A DNA stretch of 20,000 nt from Malacoraja senta (lineage: Eukaryota): the NCBI GenBank assembly GCA_038087875.1, contig JAXLNO010000291.1, positions 46,772-66,771 on the forward strand, in the 5' to 3' direction. The position numbers were made by a program, and so were the translations under genes. A model generated the notes under the pieces. The model was not told the DNA's origin and made no database searches. It saw only the letters and a program-made list of their open reading frames with translations. Below, piece after piece: positions 1 through 9,741 of this stretch (positions within the stretch are counted from its first letter, which is position 1; every line of letters begins with the position of its first letter).

Positions 1-278
1 GACTGTTCCAGCTGGTACGGTCAGGCAAACGCCTCCGCTGTCATGCTGTGAAAACAGAGAGACGGAGTTTCTTCCCACGGGCCATTAGGACGGTAAACTC
101 CGATCTCACCAGGGACTAGTTTACTGTTGTGTTGTGTGTTTTTAAAATTGCTGGGGGGTTTTCTAATATGTAAATACTGATTCTGTCCTGTAGTTTTTTG
201 CACAATCCGTAGGCATTGCCACTTTAACTTCACTGCACTTCCTGTATGTGTATGTGACAAATAAACTTGACTTTGACT
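1..278 (+). mobile_element. Rex1/Babar-clade non-LTR retrotransposon 3' end (RT C-terminus plus 3'UTR)
   Basis: Frame 3..119 reads LFQLVRSGKRLRCHAVKTERRSFFPRAIRTVNSDLTRD*, matching the Rex1-type C-terminal motif LF.LL.SG.R.R....T.R...SFFP.AIR.LN. The UTR ends GTGACAAATAAA plus a (CTTGA)n-like tail. Confidence 0.8.
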
Positions 279-398
279 GTAAATGGCTCAATTGTAATCA
301 TCCGCTGTAATTGTCTTTCCGCTGACTGGTTAGCACGCAACAAAAGCTTTTCCCTGTACCTCGGTGCATGTGACAATAACGCAAACTCAAACCCAAAC
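275..398 (+). mobile_element. 3'UTR fragment of a second Rex1-like LINE family
   Basis: Aligns by eye with 5760-5878 (+) and 9742-9837 (-): ATTGTAATCAT..TGTCTTTCCGCTGACTGGTTAGCACGCAACAAAAGCTTTT..TGTGACAATAA with an (CTAAA)n-like tail. Confidence 0.65.
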
Positions 399-729
399 AC
401 GCACTTGCTGTGTTTCATGGACAAATCAAATCTAATTTTAGGTTTATCAGTCAGAGGAAGTGGCAGAGCAGAATTTAAATCATTTGTCTGTTCGTCCAAA
501 GACCTCGTTAATTATTCTCGCTGCCCAACTTGCCCAACCAGAAACCTCCCAATTATTGTCTTGGATTTTGGATCATTGCATTTGGAGCTCGATGCCCTCA
601 GTCCCACGTAAAGTGATATCCCTGTACATTCCCACTTCACAGTTCCATGGCTTTAAACTCTCGAATGTCTTCTCTAAACCCTCTCCCTCTGCCTCTCTCG
701 CTGAATCAGAATCTGCTTCCAAACTAGTC

Positions 730-1140
730 ACAGAGCATGGAACAGTACAATACAGGAACGGCCCTTCAGCCCACAATGTCTCGGTTGGCCATGAAACATA
801 TTTAAACTAATCCCGCCAGCCAGCAGATGCTTTATATCCCTCCAAAGCCTGTTGGTTCTAAATGCCTCTTAAGTTCCGCTATCGTATCTGCTTCCACCAC
901 TTCCCCCGGCACAAGTTCCAGGCACCTATCAGTCTCTATGTAAAAACAATCATGTCCTGCACATCTCCTTCATCTCTCAGTCTGAAGAAGGGTCTGGACC
1001 CAAAACGTCACCCATTCCTTCTCTCCAGAGATGCTGCCTGTCCCGCTGAGTTACTCCAGCACTTTGTGTCTACCTTCGGTTTAAACCAGCATCTGCAGTT
1101 CCTTCCTACACATCTCCTTTATAGTTTCCCCCCTTTCCCC
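730..1140 (-). mobile_element. Older CR1/HER1-like LINE 3' fragment, interrupted by a hammerhead element at 971-1108
   Basis: Similar to 12450-12700 and 16084-16330 (GGCCCTTCAGCCCACAATGTC; TTCCAGGCACC..CTCT.TGTAAAA; CACATCTCCTTTA). Confidence 0.7.
971..1108 (+). mobile_element. Hammerhead-bearing short Penelope-like non-autonomous element (subfamily A) with 11-bp TSD
   Basis: CTGAAGAAGGGTCTGGACCCAAAACGTC at 982-1009 (core G12 mutated to A), then the conserved 3' domain ending CAGCATCTGCAGTTCCTTCCTA. CACATCTCCTT is duplicated at 960-970 and 1109-1119. Confidence 0.8.
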
Positions 1141-1311
1141 AGGCAGTGCTTGCCAGATTACAACAGCCTGGTGCAGAAATCAAACTCTCTTGTGGTTCCA
1201 TAGTTACCTTAAAACGGGCTTGTCTTGACCATCTCCTGAGCTGTGAGCTCAATGCGGAAGAGCTATTGGCAGCGGACCCTTGAAAATAGCCGGTACGTTA
1301 GGCAGCATCTG

Positions 1312-1313
<2 letters not shown>

Positions 1314-1343
<30 letters not shown>
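1314..1343. repeat. (GA)15 microsatellite inside an old relic of the hammerhead family
   Basis: Perfect GA run directly preceded by GGCAGCATCTGTGG, a family motif on the minus strand. Confidence 0.9.
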
Positions 1344-1345
<2 letters not shown>

Positions 1346-1967
1346 CTGGGTTAATATTTCATCAAAGCCAATCTTTCCTTAGTACAGTCACTAACCCAAA
1401 TCTCCACCCATGGCTGCTTCCCTCCGCATTACCAGCTTATGTTTCAGTCTTTTCAGATTCTATTTGTCTCCCTTTGGAATAATTATGTGTCTCTAGTTTG
1501 ATCGCCGTTGCTTCTAAATGAGCTAATGTCGGTCAGGGTTGTGGTCAGGGTTATGGTTTGGGAGTGGAGAGGAGTGGACGGGGACAAGGTTGTGCTGGCT
1601 ATTGACACCTCCAATGTGGATGCGAGGGACTCTCTCCACCACTGGCTGGTCTGTGTGCTAACACAGGCTGCTGGGGTTAGTGAGCAGGTTTGCACAAGCC
1701 CAGTGATTCGAACCACACCCAGTGTGAGTCAGAACCTCCAGGGCAAGGACGATTCAGCAAAAGGCCAAAAAATGATAATTTTATTCAAAGCAACAGCTCT
1801 CAGCACAGTGAGAGGCAGACATACCTGTATGGGGCATTGCTGACAGTATCAGTACCATCAATACACCAGAGACTTGCCCGGATACACAGCTCATTCAATT
1901 CACACTAACAGCTCATTTGAGAAAATCCACATGACACTGGCCAACCCTCACTGAAAAGAGCAGCATT

Positions 1968-2026
1968 ACATAGGAAATAGAAAATAGGTGCAGGAGGAGG
2001 CCATACGGCCCTTCGAGCCAGCACCA
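1968..2026 (-). mobile_element. CR1/HER1 extreme 3' tip
   Basis: ATAGAAAATAGGTGCAGGAGGAGGCCATACGGCCCTTCGAGCCAGCACC is nearly identical to the 3' ends at 12180-12228 and 14607-14657. Confidence 0.75.
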
Positions 2027-2055
2027 CTTATGAATGAAACTATCTGAGACAATTT

Positions 2056-2197
2056 AGAGTCATAGACTCACACAGCACTGAACAAGCTCAACTTGCTCGC
2101 AAACGGATAGCATGCAACAAAAAGGTTTTCACCGTACATGTGACAATAAGCTAAATCAAACTAAACCCATACCGACTAAGATGCCCCATCTAAGCTA
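2056..2197 (-). mobile_element. HE1/HER1-type 3' tail relic with a nested Rex-type UTR tip (about 2104-2166, +)
   Basis: AGAGTCATAGACTCACACAGCAC..ACTTGC and CCATACCGACTAAGATGCCCCATCTAAGCTA flank GGATAGCATGCAACAAAAAGGTTTTCACCGTACATGTGACAATAAGCTAAA. Confidence 0.5.
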
Positions 2198-2209
2198 ACA
2201 ATTAATCAA

Positions 2210-2365
2210 AAGAAGGCGCTAAATGCTGGAGTAACTCAGCGGGTCAGGCAGCATCTCTGGAGAACATGGATAGGTGACAATTTGGGTCGAGACATTTTTC
2301 CAGACTGGTCAGTTTGATGTAGTGTCCCGACCCAGAACTTCAACCCAAGTTGTCCCGAGATGCTG
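2210..2365. mobile_element. Degenerate fold-back (inverted dimer) copy of the hammerhead element
   Basis: A minus-strand arm (TGCTGGAGTAACTCAGCGGGTCAGGCAGCATCTCTGGAG..GGGTCGAGAC..CAGACT) is followed by a decayed plus arm (CAGTTTGATGTAGTGTCCCGACCCAGAAC..GAGATGCTGC). Confidence 0.65.
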
Positions 2366-2769
2366 CAACACTAGAGGTGGGTTTGAGAGGCAACTATCTC
2401 TTCAGCAAAATAGTTGATTGGGACAAAGAGAGGCCTCACTGAATTGCCCTGTTCCTTTGATGAGCAATCTTTGTAACCATATAGTTCGTCCCCAGGTCAG
2501 GACACTGCTCCGTTCCCCAGAACAGTTGGCAAGTCTAAAAGGCGGCTGCCAGCAACATGTTGACATAAGAGTGCACGTTGACTGAGGGCCCAGTGTGGAT
2601 AACCCAGGCAGTTAACGTCTCCACAAGATGCAATGACGTTGCCTCGAACCACATGGCAGATGATGCTGCAGCAGCTGGTAAACCCACTCATCCACCTCCC
2701 AAACCCTTGCCTGTATGCTCAGGATGTCCCAGATGGATCTGGTAAACCAGTGCAGTTCCTTCCTACTCA

Positions 2770-2887
2770 AGACCAAAGAAAAGCCCTGACCAGGCACGTT
2801 ATCTGTCCACTTCCCTCCACATATGCTGCTTGACCTGCTGAGTTCCTCCATCAGGAATCCTTGCTCAAAATTTCAGCATCAACAGTC
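2770..2887 (+). mobile_element. Old relic of the hammerhead element family
   Basis: TCCACATATGCTGCTTGACCTGCTGAGTTCCTCCA..TTTCAGCATC matches the family 3' domain; the core is decayed. Confidence 0.55.
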
Positions 2888-2977
2888 CCAGGGGTATGTG
2901 TATCCACTTTACTGTGAGTGTTCAGTTCACGGTGCTTAGCTTCAGTAACAGATAGGGATAAACTGGTGTAGGATAAT

Positions 2978-3136
2978 GTGCAGGAAGGAACTGCAGATGC
3001 TGGTTTACACCAAAGATAGATACAAAAAGCTGGAGTAACTCAGCGGGACAGGCAGCATCTCTGGAGAGAAGGAACGGGTGACCTTTCGGGTCGCGACCCT
3101 TCTTCAGACAGTCAGGGGAGAGGGAAATTAGAGATA
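2978..3136 (-). mobile_element. Hammerhead-bearing element (subfamily A) with 9-bp TSD
   Basis: Full 3' domain, hammerhead motif and upstream pyrimidine-rich leader. TAGGATAAT is duplicated at 2969-2977 and 3137-3145. Confidence 0.8.
3080..3107 (-). ncRNA. Minimal type-I hammerhead ribozyme motif
   Basis: Minus strand reads CTGAAGA-A-GGGTC GC GACCC-GAAA-GGTC; stem II is intact and the stem-III C is mutated. Confidence 0.55.
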
Positions 3137-3671
3137 TAGGATAATATTCATTTACATTTAAACCATTCTAAACCATCTTTAGGAGCAATACCAGGAGACA
3201 AAGAGGAGTCTTTATTGGTGACAAAGGAACTAATTGACTGGGCCCAGCTGCTTTGGCCCAGATCCCGTTCCATAAACTGCTCCACAGCGTGAAGGAAACA
3301 TTCTTCTCATCTTCTCCAACCTTTGGAGTATGTTAATGTCGGCTATCTCTGCACTCCGAGTCCATGCCAAGTATTCAAGCATCTCAAGACATCAATCACA
3401 TGCGAGTGGCTTCTCATCAAAGGGTTAGCGTGAGGGGTAGCGTCGCAGACTAGACCACAGATAGGAACACTTAGTTCTTTCCAACTAACCCTTTCCTCTC
3501 GGCTCTGTCTGCCCGCACTGCACACTGACCGATTCCCAACCAGGCGCTTGGAAGAGTTGGAACACCTACAGGCAAGTGTTTTGGAAAACTCCTTCCTGCA
3601 ACATGATTTTTAATAACGCTCACATACTCAGTGAAAAATAAAACACTTCTTCTCCTCAGTCTAGTTTTCAG

Positions 3672-4036
3672 CTGAATTTCCACAGATTCACCACCCTCTG
3701 ACTAAAGAAGTTCCTCCTCACCTCCTTTCTAAAAGAGCGCCCTTTAATTCTGAGGCTGTGGTCTCTGGTCTGAGACTCTCCCACTAGTGGAAACATCTTT
3801 TCCACATCCACTCTATCTATGCTTTTCATTATTCTGTAATAAGGAAGTCCAGCGAGTACAGGCCCAGTGCTGTCAAACACTCATCATATGCTAGCCCACT
3901 CATTCCTGGGATCATCCTTGTAAACCTCCTCTGGACCCTCTCCAGAGCCGACGCATCCTTCCTCAGATATAGGGCCCAAATTTGCTCACAGTGCTCCAAA
4001 TGCAGCCTGAACAGCACCTTATAGAGCCTCAGCATT
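3672..4036 (-). mobile_element. CR1 (HER1-like) LINE ORF2 C-terminal fragment, frameshifted
   Basis: Peptides LRLYKVLFRLHLEHCEQIWALYLRKDASALERVQRRFTRMIPG and KMFPLVGESQTRDHSLRIKGRSFRKEVRRNFFSQRVVNLW are typical of the CR1 RT C-terminus; the two frames are joined across a deletion. Confidence 0.92.
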
Positions 4037-4089
4037 GAGAGAGTTGGACTGGAGGGTGGTGAATGGCCACATTAAGCAGACCAAGAGGT

Positions 4090-4343
4090 AGAAACACAGA
4101 ACTGCAGATACTGGTTCACAAAGAAACTACCCAAGCAGAATATGAGGTGCTGTTCTAAAGAAGGGTCCCGATCTGAAACGTCACCTTCCATTTAGAAACA
4201 ATGAACTGCAGATGCTGGTTTATACCAAAGATAGACAAAGTGCTTAAGTAACTCAGCGGGTCAGGCAGCATCTCTGGAGAAGAAGGATAGGTGACGTTTC
4301 GAGTCTGGACCCTCCATCAGATCTTGTTCTCCAGCACCTTGTG
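4090..4343. mobile_element. Cluster of nested hammerhead-family pieces
   Basis: Minus 3' tip at 4090-4120; plus copy CTAAAGAAGGGTCCCGATCTGAAACGTCACC at 4155-4190; nested minus copy at about 4193-4320; plus copy resumes TGTTCTCCAGCACCTTGTG. Confidence 0.7.
4126..4155 (-). pseudogene. Tiny fragment resembling a Penelope-like GIY-YIG endonuclease C-terminus
   Basis: Minus strand GAACAGCACCTCATATTCTGCTTGGGTAGT translates to EQHLIFCLGS, resembling the recalled PLE motif (RKLE)EQHLIFRLGTLQP. Only 10 codons. Confidence 0.55.
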
Positions 4344-4564
4344 GGGGTTTTTTAGGCACAAGCTCTGACTCACTCAGTCAGACAGCCTCTGTAAGAGAAC
4401 GATCAGTCCAAATACCACTGCATATTAGGCCATGCATGGGTCACAATATTTTAAAAATAAAACTATCGGCTGTTTTTGAGTTTTACTAATTTGGTTAAAA
4501 AGAAAGTAAATTTGTAATTTCTATAGCATGGCCTTTTCTGGTTATGTGGCGAGCTGATGGGGAA

Positions 4565-4584
4565 ACACACACACACACACACAC
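4565..4584. repeat. (AC)10 microsatellite
   Basis: Perfect AC run. Confidence 0.9.
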
Positions 4585-4690
4585 GCCATGTGATGCAGTG
4601 CTGGAATGTATCAAAAACCGTGTCAGTGTAATCGGCCGACACATTAACCCTTCATCTCCACCTCGCTCTCAGCACACGCAACATACGTGT

Positions 4691-4845
4691 GATCATAAGG
4701 TCAGGAGCAGAATTAGGCCATTCGGCCCATCAAGTCTACTCCGCCATTCAATCATGACTGATCTATCCTTCCCTTCTTCTGCCTTCTCCTCCCAACCCCT
4801 GACACCCGTACTAATCAAGAATCTATCCTTCTGTGGCTTAACAAA
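4691..4845 (-). mobile_element. CR1/HER1-like 3' end
   Basis: AGGAGCAGAATTAGGCCATTCGGCCCATCAAGTCTACTCCGCCATTCAATCATG closely matches 14313-14370. Confidence 0.8.
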
Positions 4846-5639
4846 ATAACTTCATTTTAACACGAGAGGGGCAACTATTTTTTTTAAGGCAGAGATAGAT
4901 AGATTTTTGATTAGTAGGGTGACTGTAATTGAGATCTAGCAATGATCTACATTAACTGTGGTAAATCACTGTTAGCACCAAACCATTATTTAGGTGAATG
5001 TGTCGTTTGGGCAGTGAGTTTAGAACTTTCCAACGTTGAACTTCAGATCAGAGAGACATAACAGGAATACGAGCTCTCGCTGAGTGACAGCCTGACGCTG
5101 GGCTTGGTAGTCACAGTGGTTGGCACAGCCAATAACTCTAGGCCAGAATCAGCTCAGGAGCTCACCACAAAAATAAATCAAAAAGGTATTTGTTGACTTT
5201 TGGAAATGACACACTGGGGAATGCTGACCACAACAAGAAGGGGGTCTGTGGGATGTTTCATGCGGAGAATGGATTAAACTGAAGCAGGTATACAGGCCTG
5301 TGGTTCTGTGCTGGTTTCTGGACAAGCATTCACCCCCAAGTCCTCTTCTCACCCCATCAGCTTCCATTTTAAAACACCCGTCCAATTCCGACATCGAGTG
5401 ATGACGTTCCGCAGGAGCTGCAGAGAGGGATGGTCCCAGAGATGTGGGCCTCCAGCTGCAAGGACCATGGGTTGTTCCCCTTGGGGTGAAGAAGGTTGAG
5501 AGTTGGGTTTCATGAATGGTCGACAAGTTCATGATGGGTTTAGAGTAGTGGGAGATTGAAGGACCAGTGGACTCAAGGAAAAGATGAAATGGGATGCAAG
5601 AGAAAGCACTGCAATGTGGAGGATAAGTGGTTTGCATTT

Positions 5640-5878
5640 GTATCAGGCAACTGAATCATCCTACCACAACCAGAGAACACTATACTGGTGACCCTCGGAC
5701 AATCTTAGATCAGACTTTACCTTGCACTGAACAATATGCCCTTATCATGTATCTGTACACTGTAAACGGCTCGATTGTAATCATGTACTGTCTTTCTGCT
5801 GACTGGTTAGCACGCATCAAAAGATTTTTACTGTACCTTGGTGCGTGACAACAGACTAAACTAAATTAAACTAAACTA
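5640..5878 (+). mobile_element. Rex1-like LINE 3' end (IRQLN motif plus 3'UTR and (CTAAA)n tail)
   Basis: ATCAGGCAACTGAAT (IRQLN) followed by a UTR shared with 275-398 and 9742-10209; tail GACTAAACTAAATTAAACTAAACT. Confidence 0.7.
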
Positions 5879-6452
5879 AGCTTCTGAGTTTAGAAGAATG
5901 AGGGGTGTTCTTATTGAGAAATACCGAGGAAAATGAGTTCAGATCTGTCTACAATTGTAACCCGAGCAACCCAACTTACTGTACCGTATTTGTGTCCCAT
6001 TTTGTCCCAGAAATGCGGGCGATTTCCTGTTCTCCTCCACTCACGGCCAGCTGTTCCTCCCCACTCACAGATGCTGCTCTGAGATTAGCAGCCAGTTTGT
6101 AAGGAAGTGGAGCGAACAGACAGAAGAATGCAGAGCAGTTGCCAAACTCCGGTTCTGCTAACTGAATAACAACCTCGTACACCATATATTCCCTAGTTTA
6201 GTAGCATCCCCAGATTCCCTTTCTCAGGATGCTGATGACCACAGCAGTCATCCCTCTGGCCTGCATTTTCTTGAAGTGGTAATGACGCAGATACTTGGAC
6301 TGTTGGCATTGCTTGGCTTGGTATGATGTGTCTGTTTCTGGCTGTAACATCCCCCCTGCCAGACCAGTGTCTGCACTAGCTAGACACAGCAAGGAACAGA
6401 TCAGACCATGGCCATACGTATTACAGGCGTCAAGGAGCACAGATTCTTATAT

Positions 6453-6578
6453 GTGGGACTATGCCGAGCACCAATTGTTTACCATTGTTCAGCAGTAACT
6501 AGACTTTCAAAGCTTCCCATTGGGTATAAAACTATCTGAGATGTCTTGGCAGGTGCTACATCAATGCAATTTGCTATT
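6453..6578 (+). mobile_element. Old Deu-type SINE (SacSINE1/AmnSINE-like) 3' relic
   Basis: Resembles the recalled consensus GGGA..TTGCTGTGCGCAAATTG..ACAGTGACTACACTTCAAAAGTACTTCATTGG..GCTATATAAATGCAAGT; highly diverged. Confidence 0.4.
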
Positions 6579-7319
6579 ATCTTTCCAGCTACAGTGAGGA
6601 ACTAGATGTCAGGTACTTAATATCCTGGTATCTAGCTCCTTGCACTAAGGCAGCATTTGAGAATGGTGCGCACATCTTTGTTGGGTCAAGTGGAATGTCA
6701 ATGAGGTGCAGGCTTCAGGAAACCAGAGCTCAGGTGCCAAACGTGGGAGGGAAGACATACCAGCAATGGGCTTAACCAAACCAAACGTAACCATGGCTGG
6801 GAAACGAAGGGAGGTCATCAGCTGGTCCCAAACATCTGTGTTTGCTGCAATATCCAATTTTCCAACGCAGATTCATAACTGTTTGTTTTCCTGATCATGA
6901 CACCCTTCCACCATCTCATTCCCTTTGAGGTTACACTACTTGGACATTGGGAGGGAGTGGGATGGATGACAGGAGATGGTCGGTTTCCTCACCATGTGGG
7001 GTGGTGGTGAAAGCTGACCAGGATGGTGACCATCTATTACACCTCCCGCCCCAGGTCACCCTGCCAGGAATTACCCCGAGCACGGATAGAATGTGGAATC
7101 CACTCATCCCTGCAGGCAGTTATTGGGAAAGGAACAGGGTGGACTGGTAGAACAAGGCTCGACTGGAGCGCCAACACTTCATACAAGTGAAGGCATGCTT
7201 CTGTATGTGTTCACTGGTTATAGATGGTACCGAGGATGTTCATTGTCCACACCCAACTGCCCTTCAACAGAGGGGCTGGTGGCCTGAAGGCAGATGGAGA
7301 CCAGCCTGCCGAGACATTT

Positions 7320-7570
7320 GTGACTGGTTGGGTTTTTATGACAGTCCCAGATTGCATGGTTAATGATACCCACAGTGGCCTTAGCAAATTCCAATGCTAT
7401 GTAGTGCTTGAATTTAGAATGATGGGATTGGACCTTGTGTCAATGTTGGGACCCAGTGTCAATGGTCGGTGGAATTGGACCTGGCATCAATGGTCGATAA
7501 GATTGGACATTGCATCATTGCATCAGAAATCTGACTGCTTACCCAGTAATGTAAACACAATACTACTAAA
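7320..7570 (-). mobile_element. Highly diverged tRNA-derived SINE relic
   Basis: GGGTTTTTATGACAGTCC..CATGGT..GATGGGATTGGACC..CCAGTAATGTAAACAC resembles a recalled chondrichthyan SINE in reverse. Confidence 0.3.
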
Positions 7571-7639
7571 TCCAATTCAGACGGGATTCAAGAACGTGAC
7601 ACCAATTTCAGTCCCGTTAGAACAGCGAGCTGTTGGAAA

Positions 7640-7957
7640 GAGAGCAATGGTTCTTCTTGTACCGAGGGTCCAGAATCAGGGATCGGAGTCTCAGAATAGG
7701 TCATTTAAGGCTAAAGAAGTGAAAATATTTCTGTGGTCAGAGCGTGGTGAAATTTGTAAACCTCTAGCCTAGAGGGCCATGGAGTCTTCAGCATGGAGTT
7801 CACCCAAACAGATGGATTTCTGGATATCAAGGATATTGAGGGGCAAGGTGAGGCTGAGCTGGAACATCAGCTGTGATCTTGATGATGGGGGGGGGGGGGG
7901 GGGAAGAGATTTGAAGACCATTTGGACCACTTGTGTTCCTGCTTCTCACGTTCTTTT
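7640..7957 (+). mobile_element. Old CR1 LINE 3' relic
   Basis: GTCCAGAATCAGGG..AGTCTCAGAATAGG..TTTAAGGC..TCAGAGCGTGGTGAA matches CR1 'SRTRGHSLRI..FK..FF.QRVV'; ends CCTGCTTCTCACGTTCTT; contains a G17 run. Confidence 0.55.
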
Positions 7958-8571
7958 GCATCTCTGGAGCATCAGAGGTCAGCTCCTTGCGTGTGGCACA
8001 GACTCCACTGTAAACACCAAGCGATCACCGCACAGCTCATATTGCATCCACCATGAGGAATGCATCATGGCTTGGGCTGTCAATGGATACCCTGTTTACT
8101 TTGCTATTTCCCTGAAAGAAAACGCCTATTTTAAAGAAAAACTCTGCAATCCTCTGTTGGAAAATCCGACTCGTGTCTGAGAGGAAATTGTGCTGGCGGA
8201 AGCCAGCGGAGTAAATGTATAAACTGGCACAAAAATCCCTCCAATCCTCACTGACACGAAGGAAATATTATTTCTTTAGCCCGTTGTCAAGGTAACCAGG
8301 TTACTATGTATGCAAAATACATGTGACGATTTAATGTTGAATCCTGTCACACAAAATCACCAGGCCAATTATTCTTGGGTCGCCAGATATGGTGCGAGTT
8401 AAGGTACGGACCTGAATCACTATTTCTTTTGGAAAGATTTGGTGCGGAATTTAGTGATGCGTATTCGTCACTGGGCCATAGTCGTTTGTATATTTGTAAT
8501 ATTCACTGCTCAATTCTTGTTGAGTTGAAGAGAACTTCTTGCCTTTCAGCAGTCCACCACCTTCCCAGTGT

Positions 8572-8803
8572 CTCTGCATTCCTCTAATTAAGTCTCTTGG
8601 CCATTCCTGGTTCTCAGCAGGTCACTAATCAGCAAACGGCCTTGTCCTCACCTCTGAAACACTCTCCCTAACCCACTTGACCTCTCGCTTTTCATCAAGT
8701 CTCTCCTTAAAACGTATTCATGCATTGAATCACCCATCTCCAAACTTGGTGTTAAAAGTTACTTGGTACAGCTTCTGTGAAGCATATTTGGGTATCTTAC
8801 CAC
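8572..8803 (+). mobile_element. Old L2-clade LINE 3' relic
   Basis: CTCTGAAACACTCTCCCTAACCC..CTCCTTAAAAC..TTGGTGTTAAAA..CTTCTGTGAAGC resembles an L2 end (LWNSLP..FK..LKT and 3'UTR). Confidence 0.45.
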
Positions 8804-8914
8804 AAACAGTAGGGTTAGTAAACCCAATCCATTGTTAAATTTCTGATAGGTCAGTGGATCACACGAGGTCAAGAGGGTTAAGGAAGGCAAGGGTCAAGCG
8901 AACAATTGGTGATG

Positions 8915-9240
8915 GTTCTCTCACCAGATGAAAGTTATCCAGGGTCTGACCTCCCCAGAGGAGCATGGGTGAAGCTCAACAGACTTGGTACTGGAGTTGG
9001 GCGTTTCAACGCCAGCGTGTGGAGATGGGGGCTCCACCAGAGCCCAGCCTGTGAATGCAGTGCAGAACAACAGACAGCCAACCATGTCATCTCTGGGTGC
9101 CCGCTCTACCACCCACCAAATGGAGCTGTGTCAGGGCCTGGCAGACATTGACGCCAACAGAGACAACAACCTGGCTGCTCAACACCCGGCTTGAGATCTA
9201 ACTATTCCTTTGGTTTATGTTTCATTCGCAAGAAGAAGAA
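8915..9240 (+). mobile_element. 5'-truncated Vingi/Ingi-like (I-group) non-LTR retrotransposon with C-terminal CCHC zinc knuckle
   Basis: GSDLPRGAWVKLNRLGTGVGRFNASVWRWGLHQSPACECSAEQQTANHVISGCP, then frameshifted QGLADID and TTWLLNTRLEI*. Short UTR ends CATTCGC(AAG)3AA. TSD GGTGATG at 8908-8914 and 9241-9247. Confidence 0.75.
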
Positions 9241-9741
9241 GGTGATGATGACCTGCTGAGATCCAGCGATGGGCAAGAGGCAGAATTGGAGGAGACATTA
9301 ACTGGGCAAGAAGCCTTTAGCACCCTCACCCTCTCAGGTTGTGTACCTCCTTGTGTCAGGGGCTTTGTGGCAACTCCACTTCCCCACCTGTTCATCCCAA
9401 ACAAGATCCAATGACTGTCACGACCTACTCAACAAGGGCTGTGGAGATTGGAATCTCTGTGTCTGAAGCTCACAATAAGTACTTCAAGCATTTAGCTTTA
9501 TTTGCCAACCAACTCAGGGATTTTGCTACCATGGCAAGAAAAAATGCATTCACTAGATATTAGAAAAATAAGAAAGCCAATAGCAGAACAATTTCAAAAC
9601 CTGCAGTAAAAGGGAAAATGGTTCTGAAGCTCAGTGGGTCTGGCAGCATCCGTGGAGTGTGTCTATGGTTCAGTTAATCAAGGAGTCATGGAGTTTTACA
9701 CTCATATGTAGAGGAACAAAAAAGATGAATGAAAAACCTTA

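Noticed and set aside
1483..1728. Ser/Thr-rich, mucin-like minus-strand ORF
   Set aside because: Bounded by stops; the only branch-point-like CACTAAC is too close to an AG and there is no good pyrimidine tract or donor.
5149..5637. 162-aa minus-strand ORF
   Set aside because: No recognisable motif or convincing splice sites; consistent with a chance ORF.
5980..6078. Possible 99-nt minus-strand exon (CTCAG acceptor, GTAAGT donor) containing a 24-bp imperfect tandem repeat
   Set aside because: The translations are unrecognisable and the pyrimidine tract is far from the AG; it cannot be supported without RNA data.
6228..6278. Possible 51-nt plus-strand exon (TTCCCTTTCTCAG acceptor, GTAATG donor)
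   Set aside because: Weak donor and unrecognisable peptide; such matches are frequent by chance.
7224..7772. Longest ORF (182 aa)
   Set aside because: It runs through a decayed SINE and a CR1 relic; no recognisable domain or exon structure.
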